From assembly GCF_000027125.1 (NCBI RefSeq), contig NC_017626.1: 64,000 nucleotides of DNA. One strand, written 5' to 3'. A program made the translations under genes and the position numbers. Origin of the DNA: Escherichia coli 042 (GTDB taxonomy: Bacteria > Pseudomonadota > Gammaproteobacteria > Enterobacterales > Enterobacteriaceae). Each line of letters begins with the position of its first letter. Within the stretch, counting starts at the first letter, position 1. The notes under the pieces are model-generated. The model did not search any database and was not told the origin of the DNA. It worked only from the letters and a program-made list of their open reading frames with translations. Below are positions 46,512 to 58,590 of this stretch, piece after piece.

Positions 46512-47912
46512 ATGGGGCAATCATCGCAACCACATGAGTTAGGCGGCGGGCTGAAGTCACGCCACGTCACCATGTTGTCTATTGCCGGTGTTATCGGCGC
46601 AAGTCTGTTTGTCGGTTCCAGCGTCGCCATCGCCGAAGCGGGCCCGGCGGTATTACTGGCCTATTTGTTCGCCGGATTACTGGTGGTTATGATCATGCGG
46701 ATGCTGGCGGAAATGGCGGTTGCCACGCCCGACACGGGTTCGTTTTCCACCTATGCCGATAAAGCTATTGGCCGTTGGGCGGGTTATACCATCGGCTGGC
46801 TGTACTGGTGGTTTTGGGTACTGGTTATCCCGCTGGAAGCCAACATCGCCGCCATGATCCTGCACTCGTGGGTTCCAGGCATTCCCATCTGGTTATTTTC
46901 CCTCGTCATTACCCTCGCCTTAACTGGCAGTAATTTATTAAGCGTTAAAAACTACGGCGAATTTGAATTCTGGCTGGCGCTGTGCAAAGTCATCGCTATC
47001 CTGGCCTTTATTTTCCTTGGTGCAGTCGCAATTAGCGGTTTTTACCCTTATGCCGAAGTGAGCGGGATCTCAAGATTGTGGGATAGCGGCGGCTTTATGC
47101 CCAACGGCTTCGGTGCGGTATTAAGCGCGATGTTGATCACCATGTTCTCGTTTATGGGCGCAGAAATTGTCACCATTGCCGCCGCGGAATCCGACACGCC
47201 GGAAAAACATATTGTCCGCGCCACCAACTCGGTTATCTGGCGTATCTCTATTTTCTATTTGTGTTCTATTTTTGTCGTTGTGGCATTAATACCGTGGAAT
47301 ATGCCGGGGCTGAAAGCCGTTGGATCTTATCGCTCGGTTCTGGAATTGCTCAATATTCCCCATGCGAAATTAATCATGGACTGCGTGATATTACTTTCCG
47401 TAACCAGTTGCCTGAACTCGGCGCTGTATACCGCTTCCAGAATGCTCTACTCCTTAAGCCGTCGCGGTGATGCTCCCGCGGTAATGGGTAAAATCAACCG
47501 CAGTAAAACCCCGTATGTGGCGGTATTACTCTCCACCGGCGCGGCATTTTTAACGGTGGTGGTGAACTATTACGCGCCTGCGAAAGTGTTTAAATTTCTT
47601 ATCGACAGCTCCGGCGCTATCGCCCTGCTGGTTTATTTAGTCATCGCCGTTTCACAATTGCGGATGCGTAAAATTCTGCGAGCAGAAGGAAGCGAAATTC
47701 GCCTGCGGATGTGGCTTTATCCGTGGCTCACCTGGCTGGTCATCGGTTTTATAACCTTTGTGTTGGTAGTGATGCTATTCCGCCCGGCGCAACAGTTAGA
47801 AGTGATCTCCACCGGTTTATTAGCGATAGGGATAATCTGTACCGTGCCAATTATGGCTCGCTGGAAAAAGCTGGTATTGTGGCAAAAAACACCCGTTCAT
47901 AATACGCGCTAA
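46512..47912 (+). CDS. gabP: GABA permease GabP (APC family)
   Basis: 466 aa from ATG 46512 (MGQSSQPHELGGGLKSRHVTMLSIAGVIGASLFVGSS...). 12-TM amino-acid permease. Confidence 0.95.
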   Translation: MGQSSQPHELGGGLKSRHVTMLSIAGVIGASLFVGSSVAIAEAGPAVLLAYLFAGLLVVMIMRMLAEMAVATPDTGSFSTYADKAIGRWAGYTIGWLYWWFWVLVIPLEANIAAMILHSWVPGIPIWLFSLVITLALTGSNLLSVKNYGEFEFWLALCKVIAILAFIFLGAVAISGFYPYAEVSGISRLWDSGGFMPNGFGAVLSAMLITMFSFMGAEIVTIAAAESDTPEKHIVRATNSVIWRISIFYLCSIFVVVALIPWNMPGLKAVGSYRSVLELLNIPHAKLIMDCVILLSVTSCLNSALYTASRMLYSLSRRGDAPAVMGKINRSKTPYVAVLLSTGAAFLTVVVNYYAPAKVFKFLIDSSGAIALLVYLVIAVSQLRMRKILRAEGSEIRLRMWLYPWLTWLVIGFITFVLVVMLFRPAQQLEVISTGLLAIGIICTVPIMARWKKLVLWQKTPVHNTR

Positions 47913-47932
47913 TAATGATCAGGAGTCACACC

Positions 47933-48595
47933 ATGACCATTACGTCTCTGGATGGCTATCGCTGGCTGAAGAACGATATTATTCGCGGAAACTTTCAACC
48001 GGATGAAAAATTACGGATGAGTTTGCTGACATCGCGTTATGCACTTGGCGTTGGGCCGTTGCGGGAAGCGCTTTCGCAACTGGTAGCAGAACGACTGGTC
48101 ACGGTGGTGAATCAAAAAGGGTATCGGGTGGCGTCTATGTCAGAGCAGGAACTGCTCGATATTTTCGACGCCCGCGCCAATATGGAAGCGATGCTGGTCA
48201 GTCTGGCGATTGCCCGCGGTGGGGATGAGTGGGAGGCAGACGTTCTCGCAAAAGCGCATCTGCTCAGTAAGCTGGAAGCCTGTGACGCCAGCGAGAAAAT
48301 GCTTGATGAGTGGGATCTGCGTCATCAGGCGTTTCATACTGCAATTGTGGCGGGCTGTGGTTCTCACTATTTGCTGCAAATGCGTGAACGGTTGTTTGAT
48401 CTGGCGGCGCGCTATCGATTTATCTGGCTGCGGCGAACAGTGCTTTCGGTGGAAATGCTGGAAGATAAACACGATCAGCACCAGACCCTGACTGCGGCGG
48501 TACTGGCGCGAGATACCGCGCGCGCCAGTGAGTTAATGCGCCAGCATTTACTGACGCCAATTCCCATTATCCAGCAGGCAATGGCTGGCAATTAA
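47933..48595 (+). CDS. csiR: GntR-family repressor CsiR (YgaE/GabC)
   Basis: 220 aa from ATG 47933 (SD aggag). It has an N-terminal GntR wHTH and an FCD domain. Synteny supports the call. Confidence 0.9.
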   Translation: MTITSLDGYRWLKNDIIRGNFQPDEKLRMSLLTSRYALGVGPLREALSQLVAERLVTVVNQKGYRVASMSEQELLDIFDARANMEAMLVSLAIARGGDEWEADVLAKAHLLSKLEACDASEKMLDEWDLRHQAFHTAIVAGCGSHYLLQMRERLFDLAARYRFIWLRRTVLSVEMLEDKHDQHQTLTAAVLARDTARASELMRQHLLTPIPIIQQAMAGN

Positions 48596-49045
48596 CTACT
48601 CTTCAGGAATACGCAACACTTGCCCCGGGTAAATTTTATCCGGGCTTTTTAGCATCGGTTTATTCGCTTCGAAGATTTTATTGTACAGATTGGCGTTACC
48701 GTAGACCTGTTTGGAAATGGCACTCAGAGTGTCGCCAGACTTAACGGTATAAAACTGGCTGGCAGTGGCTGGTGTCGCCGTTTTCACCTGATCATCGACA
48801 CTGGCAATACCGGAAATATTCCCCACCGCAACAAGGATTTTCTCCTTTGCCTCCTGACTCAGGCCATCACCCGTGACCGTCGCTTTGCCGTCGGCGATTT
48901 GAATGTTCACTTTATCGGCATCAGGTATACCGGTTTTGTTCAGATGCTCCTGCACCTTCTTCGCCTGATCGTCTTTATCGTGCTGACCTGTAACCGCGTC
49001 CCAGAGTTTTTCTCCGGCATCTTTCACAAAATTGAACAGACCCAT
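48596..49045 (-). CDS. kbp: potassium-binding protein Kbp (YgaU), BON + LysM domains
   Basis: 149 aa from ATG 49045 ([18 protein letters not shown]...). The C-terminal LysM is [49 protein letters not shown]. Confidence 0.93.
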
Positions 49046-49128
49046 AGCTACCTCATTCGTTAACGGAAACACTCAGAAAGTGTAGCAGAGGAACGCGGCG
49101 CGTTAACGCCGCGGGGGTGAGGACAGGT

Positions 49129-49287
49129 TTAATCGCGGGTTTGCACCCAGAAAGCGTGAATCAAACCGGGGATATACCCAAGCAGTGTCAGCAGAATATT
49201 AATAATGAACGCCCAACCGAACCCTTTACCGAGCAGCACGCCGAGCGGCGGCAGAATGATGGTGATGACGATTCTCCAGAAACCCAT
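49129..49287 (-). CDS. yqaE: Pmp3/YqaE-family small membrane proteolipid (52 aa)
   Basis: It is not in the ORF track (<60 aa). The minus strand reads ATG GGT TTC TGG AGA ATC GTC ATC ACC..., giving MGFWRIVITIILPPLGVLLGKGFGWAFIINILLTLLGYIPGLIHAFWVQTRD*. A GC hairpin (49094-49116) follows. The track ORF 49117..49302(+) is its antisense shadow. Confidence 0.88.
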   Translation of the reverse strand: MGFWRIVITIILPPLGVLLGKGFGWAFIINILLTLLGYIPGLIHAFWVQTRD

Positions 49288-49469
49288 ATGTACTCCCTAT
49301 AAGAAAATTACTCATTGTTTAAAAAGAGATTTTATCTCTTAAGCGTAGTAATTTTAGCGGAGCCTGCCAGTTTCAGCTTACGCTTTTACTCTCATTTACG
49401 CTGCTGATGCTGGCATATGTTATATTTTTAGTTTAGAGTTTACTTAATTTAGAAAATGCTTAAATAACT

Positions 49470-49769
49470 ATGACTGAACTCGCGCAATTACAGGCTAGTG
49501 CCGAACAGGCAGCGGCCTTATTGAAAGCAATGAGCCACCCTAAACGGTTGCTGATTCTGTGCATGCTTAGCGGTTCCCCCGGCACCAGTGCGGGAGAGCT
49601 GACGCGCATTACCGGACTGAGTGCCTCTGCGACATCACAGCATCTCGCTCGTATGCGGGACGAAGGGCTTATCGACAGCCAACGGGATGCCCAACGCATT
49701 CTATATTCCATTAAAAATGAGGCGGTAAATGCCATTATCGCCACCCTGAAAAATGTCTATTGTCCGTAA
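49470..49769 (+). CDS. ygaV: ArsR/SmtB-family transcriptional regulator YgaV
   Basis: 99 aa with HTH ...AGELTRITGLSASATSQHLARMRDEGLI... Operon with ygaP. Confidence 0.92.
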   Translation: MTELAQLQASAEQAAALLKAMSHPKRLLILCMLSGSPGTSAGELTRITGLSASATSQHLARMRDEGLIDSQRDAQRILYSIKNEAVNAIIATLKNVYCP

Positions 49770-49778
49770 GGAGTCACT

Positions 49779-50303
49779 ATGGCTTTGACAACCATTTCGC
49801 CGCATGATGCACAAGAATTAATCGCACGCGGCGCAAAGTTAATCGATATTCGTGACGCTGATGAATATCTTCGTGAACATATTCCTGAAGCAGATCTGGC
49901 TCCATTATCCGTGCTGGAACAGTCAGGTCTTCCGGCTAAATTACGTCGCGAGCAAATTATATTCCACTGCCAGGCAGGTAAACGCACCAGTAATAACGCT
50001 GATAAATTAGCAGCGATTGCCGCACCCGCAGAAATCTTTTTACTCGAAGATGGGATTGATGGCTGGAAAAAAGCAGGATTGCCCGTTGCGGTAAATAAGT
50101 CTCAACCCTTGCCGTTAATGCGCCAGGTGCAGATCGCCGCGGGTGGTTTAATATTAATCGGCGTTGTACTGGGTTATACCGTAAATAGTGGTTTCTTCTT
50201 ATTAAGCGGCTTTGTTGGTGCCGGGTTACTGTTTGCAGGAATTAGCGGTTTTTGTGGGATGGCAAGGTTGTTAGATAAGATGCCGTGGAACCAACGAGCT
50301 TGA
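49779..50303 (+). CDS. ygaP: membrane-anchored rhodanese YgaP
   Basis: 174 aa with a rhodanese domain, active-site loop HCQAGKRTS and two C-terminal TM helices. Confidence 0.92.
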   Translation: MALTTISPHDAQELIARGAKLIDIRDADEYLREHIPEADLAPLSVLEQSGLPAKLRREQIIFHCQAGKRTSNNADKLAAIAAPAEIFLLEDGIDGWKKAGLPVAVNKSQPLPLMRQVQIAAGGLILIGVVLGYTVNSGFFLLSGFVGAGLLFAGISGFCGMARLLDKMPWNQRA

Positions 50304-50349
50304 GAAGCGACGCCGGACGCGCCATAGCAGCGACATCCGGCCTCAGTAA

Positions 50350-50754
50350 TTAGATCAGGAAATCGTCGAGAGATTTACCTTCTGCCAGCGCCTGAGCGAT
50401 TGGCTTCGGTGTACGGCCCTGACCGGTCCAGGTTTTAGTTTCACCGTTAACATCGGTGAATTTATATTTTGCCGGACGCGGCTGGCGTTTTTTACCAGCG
50501 CGTGGTGCAGCAGCAGAGCTATTACCCAATAACTCTTCCGGGTTAATTCCGTCAGCTTTCATCAGCTCCAGCCAGGTGCTAATTTTTTCCTGGCGCTCTG
50601 CCAGTTCACGCTGCTGCTGTTCTTCTTCTTCACGTCTTTCTTTAGTGACAACCCTGAATTTTTCGAGCATTTCTTCAAGAACGTCAATGGAGAATTCGCG
50701 AGCCATCGCACGGAGAGTGCGAATGTTATTTAAACTTTGTAACATTACGGACAT
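50350..50754 (-). CDS. stpA: H-NS paralogue StpA
   Basis: 134 aa: [46 protein letters not shown]...[17 protein letters not shown]. Core-genome position. Confidence 0.96.
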   Translation of the reverse strand: MSVMLQSLNNIRTLRAMAREFSIDVLEEMLEKFRVVTKERREEEEQQQRELAERQEKISTWLELMKADGINPEELLGNSSAAAPRAGKKRQPRPAKYKFTDVNGETKTWTGQGRTPKPIAQALAEGKSLDDFLI

Positions 50755-51421
50755 AATAAAGAAAACCTTTTAACGCCAAAACAAAAAAGTATTTCGTCGC
50801 GTAGTGTAAGCGATCACTTATTATATTTCCACAAAATTTAATCTATTTACAGTCCTGCGCGAGATTATTTCAGCTGTTATTTTCTGAAACTCTCAGAATA
50901 ATTTCAAGATTATATATTAGCCATTTTGATGAGTAATTTAGATTATTGGTGAACAGAGCGGCGCTCTCTGCTCGCTAATTCCGCAAGCCTGACAAAACCG
51001 AAGTGAATAAAAATGCAATATAACAGAATAAAAGAAAACACCCCTCACTGGTGCTTTCTGCTGTTAATGTACATTTTCTGGCATAAAAAATGCTGTAAAT
51101 GACCCGGTCACGACATACACCGAATTCTCTACGCTTATAGCGTTACCTCACCCCCAAACTTTCATTAGTTAAATTAAAGGTAATCTCATATCTAATTGAT
51201 TTAATTGAAAATAAATCATATCGGCATGTAAAAATCCACAATGTACAAAAAACGCGCCGTTACGGAATATTTTATCTACAAAAACTGACTAAATAAAAAT
51301 TTTTCACTAATTGATTAGTCATAGCTAGCGATATACGCTATGCGAAAATGCAGATGGCAATGAGATCCACTGTTTTCATCTCCATTAACATCCCATTACG
51401 CTTTTATTAAGGAGCATTAGC

Positions 51422-51871
51422 ATGTTCTCACCGCAGTCACGCTTGCGTCATGCAGTTGCAGATACGTTCGCGATGGTTGTTTACTGTTCTGTCGTGAACA
51501 TGTGTATTGAAGTTTTCCTCTCCGGAATGAGCTTCGAACAGTCTCTTTATTCCAGATTGGTAGCGATTCCGGTGAACATCTTAATTGCATGGCCATACGG
51601 TATGTACCGCGATCTGTTTATGCGCGCAGCACGCAAAGTTAGCCCGTCGGGCTGGATAAAAAATCTGGCGGATATCATGGCTTATGTGACGTTCCAGTCA
51701 CCGGTGTATGTGGCGATCTTGTTAGTGGTGGGCGCAGACTGGCATCAGATTATGGCGGCGGTCAGTTCAAACATCGTTGTTTCGATGTTGATGGGGGCGG
51801 TTTATGGCTACTTCCTCGATTATTGCCGCCGACTGTTTAAAGTCAGCCGTTACCAGCAGGTAAAAGCCTGA
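51422..51871 (+). CDS. alaE: L-alanine exporter AlaE (YgaW)
   Basis: 149-aa 4-TM protein ([41 protein letters not shown]...). Synteny supports the call. Confidence 0.92.
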   Translation: MFSPQSRLRHAVADTFAMVVYCSVVNMCIEVFLSGMSFEQSLYSRLVAIPVNILIAWPYGMYRDLFMRAARKVSPSGWIKNLADIMAYVTFQSPVYVAILLVVGADWHQIMAAVSSNIVVSMLMGAVYGYFLDYCRRLFKVSRYQQVKA

Positions 51872-51907
51872 GCCTTCTTTTCGCGACTGGCATCGCCAGT
51901 CGCGTCT

Positions 51908-52252
51908 TTAACTGGCTTCGCCAAATAAACCATTCAAATAACGTTCAAGCGCAACACGCGAACTAAAGCCATGGGGGATACCGTAATGCTCATGACGTTC
52001 ACCCGCTAAATAGAGCGGAAATTGCTGGTAATGATCGCAAGTTTTAATATCGGAAGCGGGTTCAGCCAGTGTCGAACTACGTTCTTTTAATGTTGGATGA
52101 ATTACCAGGGCGGTACGTCCCATTCGTGCTTCACGATTAACATAGACATAATTTTCCCCACGGCGGTAACCATACGCTTTCTGGGTTACCACATCGACAG
52201 TAAAACCGACTTTTTCAAGTACGCGCGCCACCTCGTCTGGTCGTAAATACAT
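51908..52252 (-). CDS. ygaC: DUF2002 protein YgaC
   Basis: 114 aa: [53 protein letters not shown]... Synteny supports the call. Confidence 0.9.
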
Positions 52253-52403
52253 ATTTGATCCTCGTTATTATCAACCGCGGGCCTACCTTACCTGATTGCG
52301 CATTCACAACGCTTTCAGAAAAGTCCATAAAGCCGCGATGAACCTCAGTTAAGAAAATTATGGTCTACACTGAAAATTACATCGAATTCTAATGGGGGAT
52401 CAT

Positions 52404-52733
52404 ATGTTTAACCGACCGAACCGCAACGACGTCGATGATGGCGTGCAGGATATCCAGAATGATGTCAATCAATTAGCTGACAGCCTCGAATCTGTATTGA
52501 AGTCCTGGGGCAGCGACGCCAAAGGGGAAGCCGAAGCCGCTCGTAGTAAAGCGCAGGCTCTACTGAAAGAAACCAGAGCGCGAATGCATGGTCGTACTCG
52601 CGTCCAGCAAGCCGCGCGCGATGCCGTTGGCTGCGCGGATTCTTTTGTTCGTGAAAGACCCTGGTGTAGCGTGGGTACAGCAGCTGCGGTTGGTATTTTT
52701 ATCGGCGCACTGTTAAGCATGCGCAAATCGTAG
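52404..52733 (+). CDS. ygaM: ElaB/YqjD/YgaM-family tail-anchored stress protein
   Basis: 109 aa from ATG 52404 (MFNRPNRNDVDDGVQDIQNDVNQLADSLESVLKSWGSD...) with a C-terminal TM WCSVGTAAAVGIFIGALL. Confidence 0.9.
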   Translation: MFNRPNRNDVDDGVQDIQNDVNQLADSLESVLKSWGSDAKGEAEAARSKAQALLKETRARMHGRTRVQQAARDAVGCADSFVRERPWCSVGTAAAVGIFIGALLSMRKS

Positions 52734-52789
52734 TGCAATAATGATATTAAATACGCGTCTTTGACCCCGAAGCCTGGCTTCGGGGTTTT

Positions 52790-54124
52790 TTAGCTTAAGG
52801 CTTTACGTAATTGTTGTGCTACCTGTCGCGCCATACCTTCGTTAACGATATTAGTAAACGAGAGCAGTAATCCACCTTCCCCACTTGAACGGATACGCCA
52901 GTCGCTAAGTGCCTGCACCGCAAGGCCTGCAGCATTGGCTTTACGCGCATGGGCAATATCATCGCCTATCATTCTGATCACCATCTGGATACCACCTTTC
53001 TGCGGCACAACCTGAAATCCTTGCTGCGTCAACGCTTGCTCAATCCATTGCCGACGTTGAGCATAATGCTGACGCATTTTCTTCAGATGCCGCCAGAAAT
53101 GCCCCTCGCGAAGAAAGTCTGCCAGTGTGTTCTGCCATAGAACAGGTACCGCACATGGAGCCAGTGACGCCTGGTGGCGGAATTGTGCAATTTGCTTCAC
53201 CGGCAACACCAGCCACGCACAGCGCAATGCAGGAAATAGCGCTTTGCTGAATGTTCCGGCATAAATTACCCGCTGCGGTGCGTCGAGACTTTTTAACGCC
53301 GGTAACGGCTTACCGTGATAGCGAAACTCACTGTCATAATCATCTTCAATAATCCATGCCTGACTACGATCTGCCCATTCCAGTATCTGATGCCTGCGCG
53401 CTAAAGAGAGCGCCACACCCAGCGGACTTTGGTGTGCTGGTGTTATCAGGGCAAAACGCGCATCAGGATAATTTTGTATTCCGCTTGTGATATCCAGTCC
53501 ATTGTCATCAACCGGCACAGGCAAAATTTCCACATCATGGCGAGTGACAATCGGGCGAATCAGTGGAAAGCCGGGATCTTCTATCCACATCCCGTTTCCC
53601 GGTTTCGCCAGCGCGTGCAGAATTAAAGCTATTGAGGCCGCATAACCGTGAGTGATAAAGACCTGCTCTGGCTGACAATCAATCCCACGTGAAACGCGTA
53701 AGTAATCAACTATTGCCTCGCGCAACGCCACCTCACCGCAGACATCGCCTAACGCCAAATCAAAGCGCGTCTGGGTACGAAGGCGACGCCCCATCACCCG
53801 CGCCCACAGCTCTCGCGGAAAGAGATCGAGTGCGGGTAATCCCATTTGAAATGGCAACGGTTGCTGACTTTCACCGGCAAAAGCTAAAACTTGTACAGTA
53901 GATTGTTGCGGATATATCCGCTCACTGACAAATGTGCCAGCCTGTCCCCGCCTGATCAGCCATCCTTGCGCCACCAGCTCAGCATACGCATTTTCGACAG
54001 TGGATCGAGACACCCCCAGCTCCTGCGACCAGGTACGACTTGAAGGCAGCCTTGCGCCGGGTTTCAGTTCCCCTTGCTCAATAGCCGTTTTTAACTGACG
54101 GGCGATATCCTGATAGCGCGGCAT
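52790..54124 (-). CDS. MocR/GabR-type regulator (GntR HTH fused to a PLP aminotransferase-like domain)
   Basis: 444 aa. The N-terminal wHTH is MPRYQDIARQLKTAIEQGELKPGARLPSSRTWSQELGVSRSTVENAYAELVAQGW. A fold-type I aminotransferase-like domain follows, with the PLP-lysine context YAGTFSKALFPALR. Confidence 0.88.
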   Translation of the reverse strand: MPRYQDIARQLKTAIEQGELKPGARLPSSRTWSQELGVSRSTVENAYAELVAQGWLIRRGQAGTFVSERIYPQQSTVQVLAFAGESQQPLPFQMGLPALDLFPRELWARVMGRRLRTQTRFDLALGDVCGEVALREAIVDYLRVSRGIDCQPEQVFITHGYAASIALILHALAKPGNGMWIEDPGFPLIRPIVTRHDVEILPVPVDDNGLDITSGIQNYPDARFALITPAHQSPLGVALSLARRHQILEWADRSQAWIIEDDYDSEFRYHGKPLPALKSLDAPQRVIYAGTFSKALFPALRCAWLVLPVKQIAQFRHQASLAPCAVPVLWQNTLADFLREGHFWRHLKKMRQHYAQRRQWIEQALTQQGFQVVPQKGGIQMVIRMIGDDIAHARKANAAGLAVQALSDWRIRSSGEGGLLLSFTNIVNEGMARQVAQQLRKALS

Positions 54125-54211
54125 ATGGTCTGCTTTTTTAGGTAATTTATGGCTCTCTTTAGCAGTCCATTATAGTGCTACATTGCGGGCGTTAATAAGA
54201 GGAGAAACTGT

Positions 54212-54643
54212 ATGACTACATTACGTCAGCCTTACTACGAACTTAGCCCGGCAGTGTATAACGCACTAGTGCAGGCCAAAACGGCACTGGAAAATAGCAC
54301 GCTGGATACCACGTTGATGGAGTTAGTTTATTTGCGCGTCTCGCAAATCAACGGCTGCGCATTTTGTCTGGAGATGCACAGCAAAGCATTGCGCAAATCC
54401 GGCGTGCCACAGCACAAACTGGACGCCCTGGCAGGTTGGCGCGTAAGCCATCATTTTGATGAACGCGAGCGGGCGGCGCTGGCATGGGCGGAATCGGTAA
54501 CCGAAATTGCCAGAACCCATGCGGAAGACGAGGTTTATCAGCCTTTGCTTGAGCATTTCAGCGCAGCAGAGATCAGCGACTTAACGTTTGCCATCGGGCT
54601 GATGAATTGTTTTAACCGTCTGGCCGTTTCCATGCGGATGTAA
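54212..54643 (+). CDS. carboxymuconolactone decarboxylase / AhpD-like family protein
   Basis: 143 aa with the family CxxC motif (QINGCAFCLEMH). It is divergent from the MocR-type regulator. Confidence 0.85.
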   Translation: MTTLRQPYYELSPAVYNALVQAKTALENSTLDTTLMELVYLRVSQINGCAFCLEMHSKALRKSGVPQHKLDALAGWRVSHHFDERERAALAWAESVTEIARTHAEDEVYQPLLEHFSAAEISDLTFAIGLMNCFNRLAVSMRM

Positions 54644-54733
54644 CTTCTTGATGCCGGGTATTCGCCCGGCAAAAAAACACAAAATCCCCTACCCCGTTGA
54701 GCCATTCATCGGTGGCGTAATCAATCTAAAATT

Positions 54734-54781
54734 CCCATATCTTGTATGGTTGAATCTTTTTTCAACTACATCTAGTATCTC
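54734..54781. promoter_or_regulatory. probable pair of NrdR boxes in the nrdHIEF promoter
   Basis: cccATATcttgTATgg (54734-54749) and ctacATcTAgTATctc (54766-54781). These are two 16-bp AT-centred imperfect palindromes 32 bp apart, about 3 helical turns, as expected for NrdR operators. About 70-120 bp upstream of nrdH. Confidence 0.45.
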
Positions 54782-54851
54782 TGTATCAACAGAGATACAA
54801 CCCGACGCGTATCATCGCGCCGTATCTTCATTTTAAACGGAAATACGAATC

Positions 54852-55097
54852 ATGCGCATTACTATTTACACTCGTAACGATTGCGTTCAGTGCCACGCCA
54901 CCAAACGGGCGATGGAAAACCGGGGCTTTGATTTTGAAATGATTAATGTCGATCGCGTTCCTGAAGCGGCAGAAGCGCTGCGTGCTCAGGGCTTTCGTCA
55001 GTTGCCGGTTGTGATTGCAGGCGATCTTAGCTGGTCTGGTTTCCGTCCGGACATGATTAACCGTCTGCATCCAGCGCCACACGCGGCCAGTGCATGA
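54852..55097 (+). CDS. nrdH: glutaredoxin-like protein NrdH
   Basis: 81 aa: [34 protein letters not shown]... (CVQC redox motif). Confidence 0.96.
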   Translation: MRITIYTRNDCVQCHATKRAMENRGFDFEMINVDRVPEAAEALRAQGFRQLPVVIAGDLSWSGFRPDMINRLHPAPHAASA

Positions 55098-55495
55098 GCC
55101 AGCTCGTCTACTTCTCCAGTAGCTCCGAAAATACGCAGCGTTTTATCGAACGTTTAGGACTGCCCGCGGTGCGCATCCCGCTCAATGAGCGGGAACGGAT
55201 TCAGGTAGACGAGCCTTACATCCTGATCGTGCCCTCTTACGGCGGCGGCGGTACGGCTGGCGCAGTGCCACGACAGGTCATTCGCTTTTTAAACGACGAG
55301 CACAACCGGGTGTTGCTGCGCGGCGTTATTGCTTCGGGTAATCGCAACTTTGGTGAGGCGTATGGCCGCGCCGGAGATGTGATAGCCCGGAAATGCGGCG
55401 TGCCGTGGCTGTACCGCTTTGAACTCATGGGTACGCAAAGCGATATCGAAAACGTTCGTAAAGGAGTAACCGAATTTTGGCAACGACAACCGTAG
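55094..55495 (+). CDS. nrdI: flavodoxin-like NrdI
   Basis: 133 aa: [30 protein letters not shown]... It overlaps the nrdH stop (ATGA) and the nrdE start. Confidence 0.95.
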   Translation: MSQLVYFSSSSENTQRFIERLGLPAVRIPLNERERIQVDEPYILIVPSYGGGGTAGAVPRQVIRFLNDEHNRVLLRGVIASGNRNFGEAYGRAGDVIARKCGVPWLYRFELMGTQSDIENVRKGVTEFWQRQP

Positions 55496-57621
55496 AACGC
55501 CTGACGCAGGAAACGATGGATTATCACGCTCTGAATGCGATGCTTAACCTTTACGATAGTGCAGGTCGCATTCAGTTCGATAAAGACCGCCAGGCCGTTG
55601 ACGCCTTTATTGCGACGCATGTGCGTCCGAACAGTGTGACCTTCAGTAGCCAACAGCAGCGCCTGAACTGGCTGGTCAACGAAGGTTACTATGATGAAAG
55701 CGTTCTTAATCGGTACTCTCGCGACTTTGTCATTACGCTGTTTGCCCACGCACACACCAGCGGTTTTCGTTTCCAGACATTCCTCGGGGCATGGAAGTTT
55801 TACACCAGCTATACGCTGAAAACATTCGACGGTAAGCGTTATCTGGAAGATTTTGCCGATCGCGTCACGATGGTGGCGCTGACGCTGGCACAAGGCGATG
55901 AAACACTGGCGACGCAGCTCACTGATGAGATGCTGTCAGGACGCTTTCAGCCAGCCACGCCGACATTCCTCAACTGCGGTAAGCAGCAGCGCGGCGAACT
56001 GGTTTCCTGTTTTCTACTGCGTATTGAAGACAATATGGAGTCGATTGGCCGGGCGGTAAATTCCGCACTGCAACTGTCGAAACGCGGCGGCGGCGTAGCA
56101 TTTTTGCTGTCGAATCTGCGAGAAGCGGGCGCGCCAATTAAACGTATTGAAAATCAATCTTCTGGCGTGATTCCGGTGATGAAAATGCTGGAAGACGCAT
56201 TTTCCTATGCCAACCAGCTCGGCGCGCGTCAGGGTGCTGGCGCAGTCTATTTACATGCCCATCATCCCGATATTCTGCGTTTTCTCGATACAAAGCGGGA
56301 AAATGCCGACGAGAAAATCCGCATTAAAACACTGTCGCTGGGCGTGGTGATCCCGGATATCACTTTCCATCTGGCAAAAGAGAATGCGCAGATGGCACTG
56401 TTTTCGCCTTATGACGTTGAGCGGGTTTATGGCAAGCCGTTTGCTGATATCGCCATCAGTGAACACTATGCCGAACTGGTTGCCAATGAACGCATCCGCA
56501 AAAAATACATCAACGCCCGTGATTTCTTCCAGCGACTGGCAGAAATCCAGTTTGAGTCCGGCTATCCCTACATCATGTATGAAGACACGGTTAACCGTGC
56601 TAACCCTATCGCCGGGCGCATAAATATGAGCAATCTCTGCTCAGAAATTTTGCAGGTTAACAGCGCCTCAGAGTATGACGAGAATCTCGACTATGCCCGC
56701 ACAGGCCATGATATTTCCTGCAATTTAGGTTCGTTGAATATTGCCCACACCATGGATTCCCCCGACTTTGCCCGCACGGTAGAGACTGCCATGCGCGGTT
56801 TAACGGCAGTATCAGATATGAGTCATATCCGCAGCGTGCCGTCCATCGAAGCCGGAAATGCCGCCTCGCACGCCATCGGCCTGGGGCAGATGAATTTACA
56901 CGGTTATCTGGCGCGAGAAGGCATCGCTTATGGATCGCCGGAAGCACTGGATTTCACTAATCTCTATTTCTATACCATCACCTGGCACGCACTGCGTACC
57001 TCGATGTTGCTGGCGCGCGAACGCAGTGAAACCTTCGCCGGGTTCAAACAGTCACGCTATGCCAATGGTGAATATTTTAGCCAATATCTGCAAGGGAACT
57101 GGCAGCCGAAAACGGCGAAAGTTGGCGAACTGTTTACCCGTAGCGGTATTACGTTACCTACCCGTGAGATGTGGGCGCGGCTGCGCGACGACGTGATGCG
57201 CTACGGCATTTACAACCAGAATCTTCAGGCGGTGCCGCCAACCGGTTCTATCTCTTATATCAACCATGCTACGTCGAGTATTCATCCGATTGTGGCGAAA
57301 GTAGAGATACGCAAAGAGGGCAAAACAGGACGCGTTTACTACCCTGCCCCGTTTATGACTAACGAGAATCTGGCGCTGTATCAGGACGCTTACGAAATTG
57401 GCGCAGAAAAGATCATCGACACTTACGCGGAAGCGACTCGCCATGTCGATCAGGGGCTGTCGCTGACGCTGTTTTTCCCCGATACCGCCACCACTCGCGA
57501 TATCAACAAAGCGCAGATTTACGCCTGGCGCAAAGGTATCAAAACGCTCTATTACATCCGCCTGCGTCAGATGGCGCTGGAAGGCACTGAAATTGAAGGC
57601 TGCGTCTCGTGTGCACTTTAA
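55477..57621 (+). CDS. nrdE: class Ib ribonucleotide reductase alpha subunit NrdE
   Basis: 714 aa. TTG start at 55477 with SD aaggag 10 nt upstream. (M)[26 protein letters not shown]... The C-terminus is ...EGCVSCAL. Confidence 0.96.
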   Translation: MATTTVERLTQETMDYHALNAMLNLYDSAGRIQFDKDRQAVDAFIATHVRPNSVTFSSQQQRLNWLVNEGYYDESVLNRYSRDFVITLFAHAHTSGFRFQTFLGAWKFYTSYTLKTFDGKRYLEDFADRVTMVALTLAQGDETLATQLTDEMLSGRFQPATPTFLNCGKQQRGELVSCFLLRIEDNMESIGRAVNSALQLSKRGGGVAFLLSNLREAGAPIKRIENQSSGVIPVMKMLEDAFSYANQLGARQGAGAVYLHAHHPDILRFLDTKRENADEKIRIKTLSLGVVIPDITFHLAKENAQMALFSPYDVERVYGKPFADIAISEHYAELVANERIRKKYINARDFFQRLAEIQFESGYPYIMYEDTVNRANPIAGRINMSNLCSEILQVNSASEYDENLDYARTGHDISCNLGSLNIAHTMDSPDFARTVETAMRGLTAVSDMSHIRSVPSIEAGNAASHAIGLGQMNLHGYLAREGIAYGSPEALDFTNLYFYTITWHALRTSMLLARERSETFAGFKQSRYANGEYFSQYLQGNWQPKTAKVGELFTRSGITLPTREMWARLRDDVMRYGIYNQNLQAVPPTGSISYINHATSSIHPIVAKVEIRKEGKTGRVYYPAPFMTNENLALYQDAYEIGAEKIIDTYAEATRHVDQGLSLTLFFPDTATTRDINKAQIYAWRKGIKTLYYIRLRQMALEGTEIEGCVSCAL

Positions 57622-58590
<969 letters not shown>

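Noticed and set aside
46217-46630. 137-aa minus-strand ORF and 92-aa plus-strand ORF over the gabT-gabP spacer
   Set aside because: The region is a REP/BIME cluster plus the gabP 5' end. The ORFs are by-products of GC-rich palindromes.
49117-49302. 61-aa plus-strand ORF
   Set aside because: The opposite strand encodes the conserved 52-aa YqaE proteolipid with a proper start, stop and terminator. The plus-strand ORF is its shadow.
55484-55495. nrdI ends 3 codons earlier than I remember for K-12 (…FWQRQP* versus …FWQRQPQNA)
   Set aside because: A single-base difference creates TAG within the nrdI/nrdE overlap. It is a trivial C-terminal length polymorphism, unlikely to be functionally meaningful.
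55237-55893. 218-aa minus-strand ORF across nrdI/nrdE
   Set aside because: It is antisense to conserved nrd genes, with no support.
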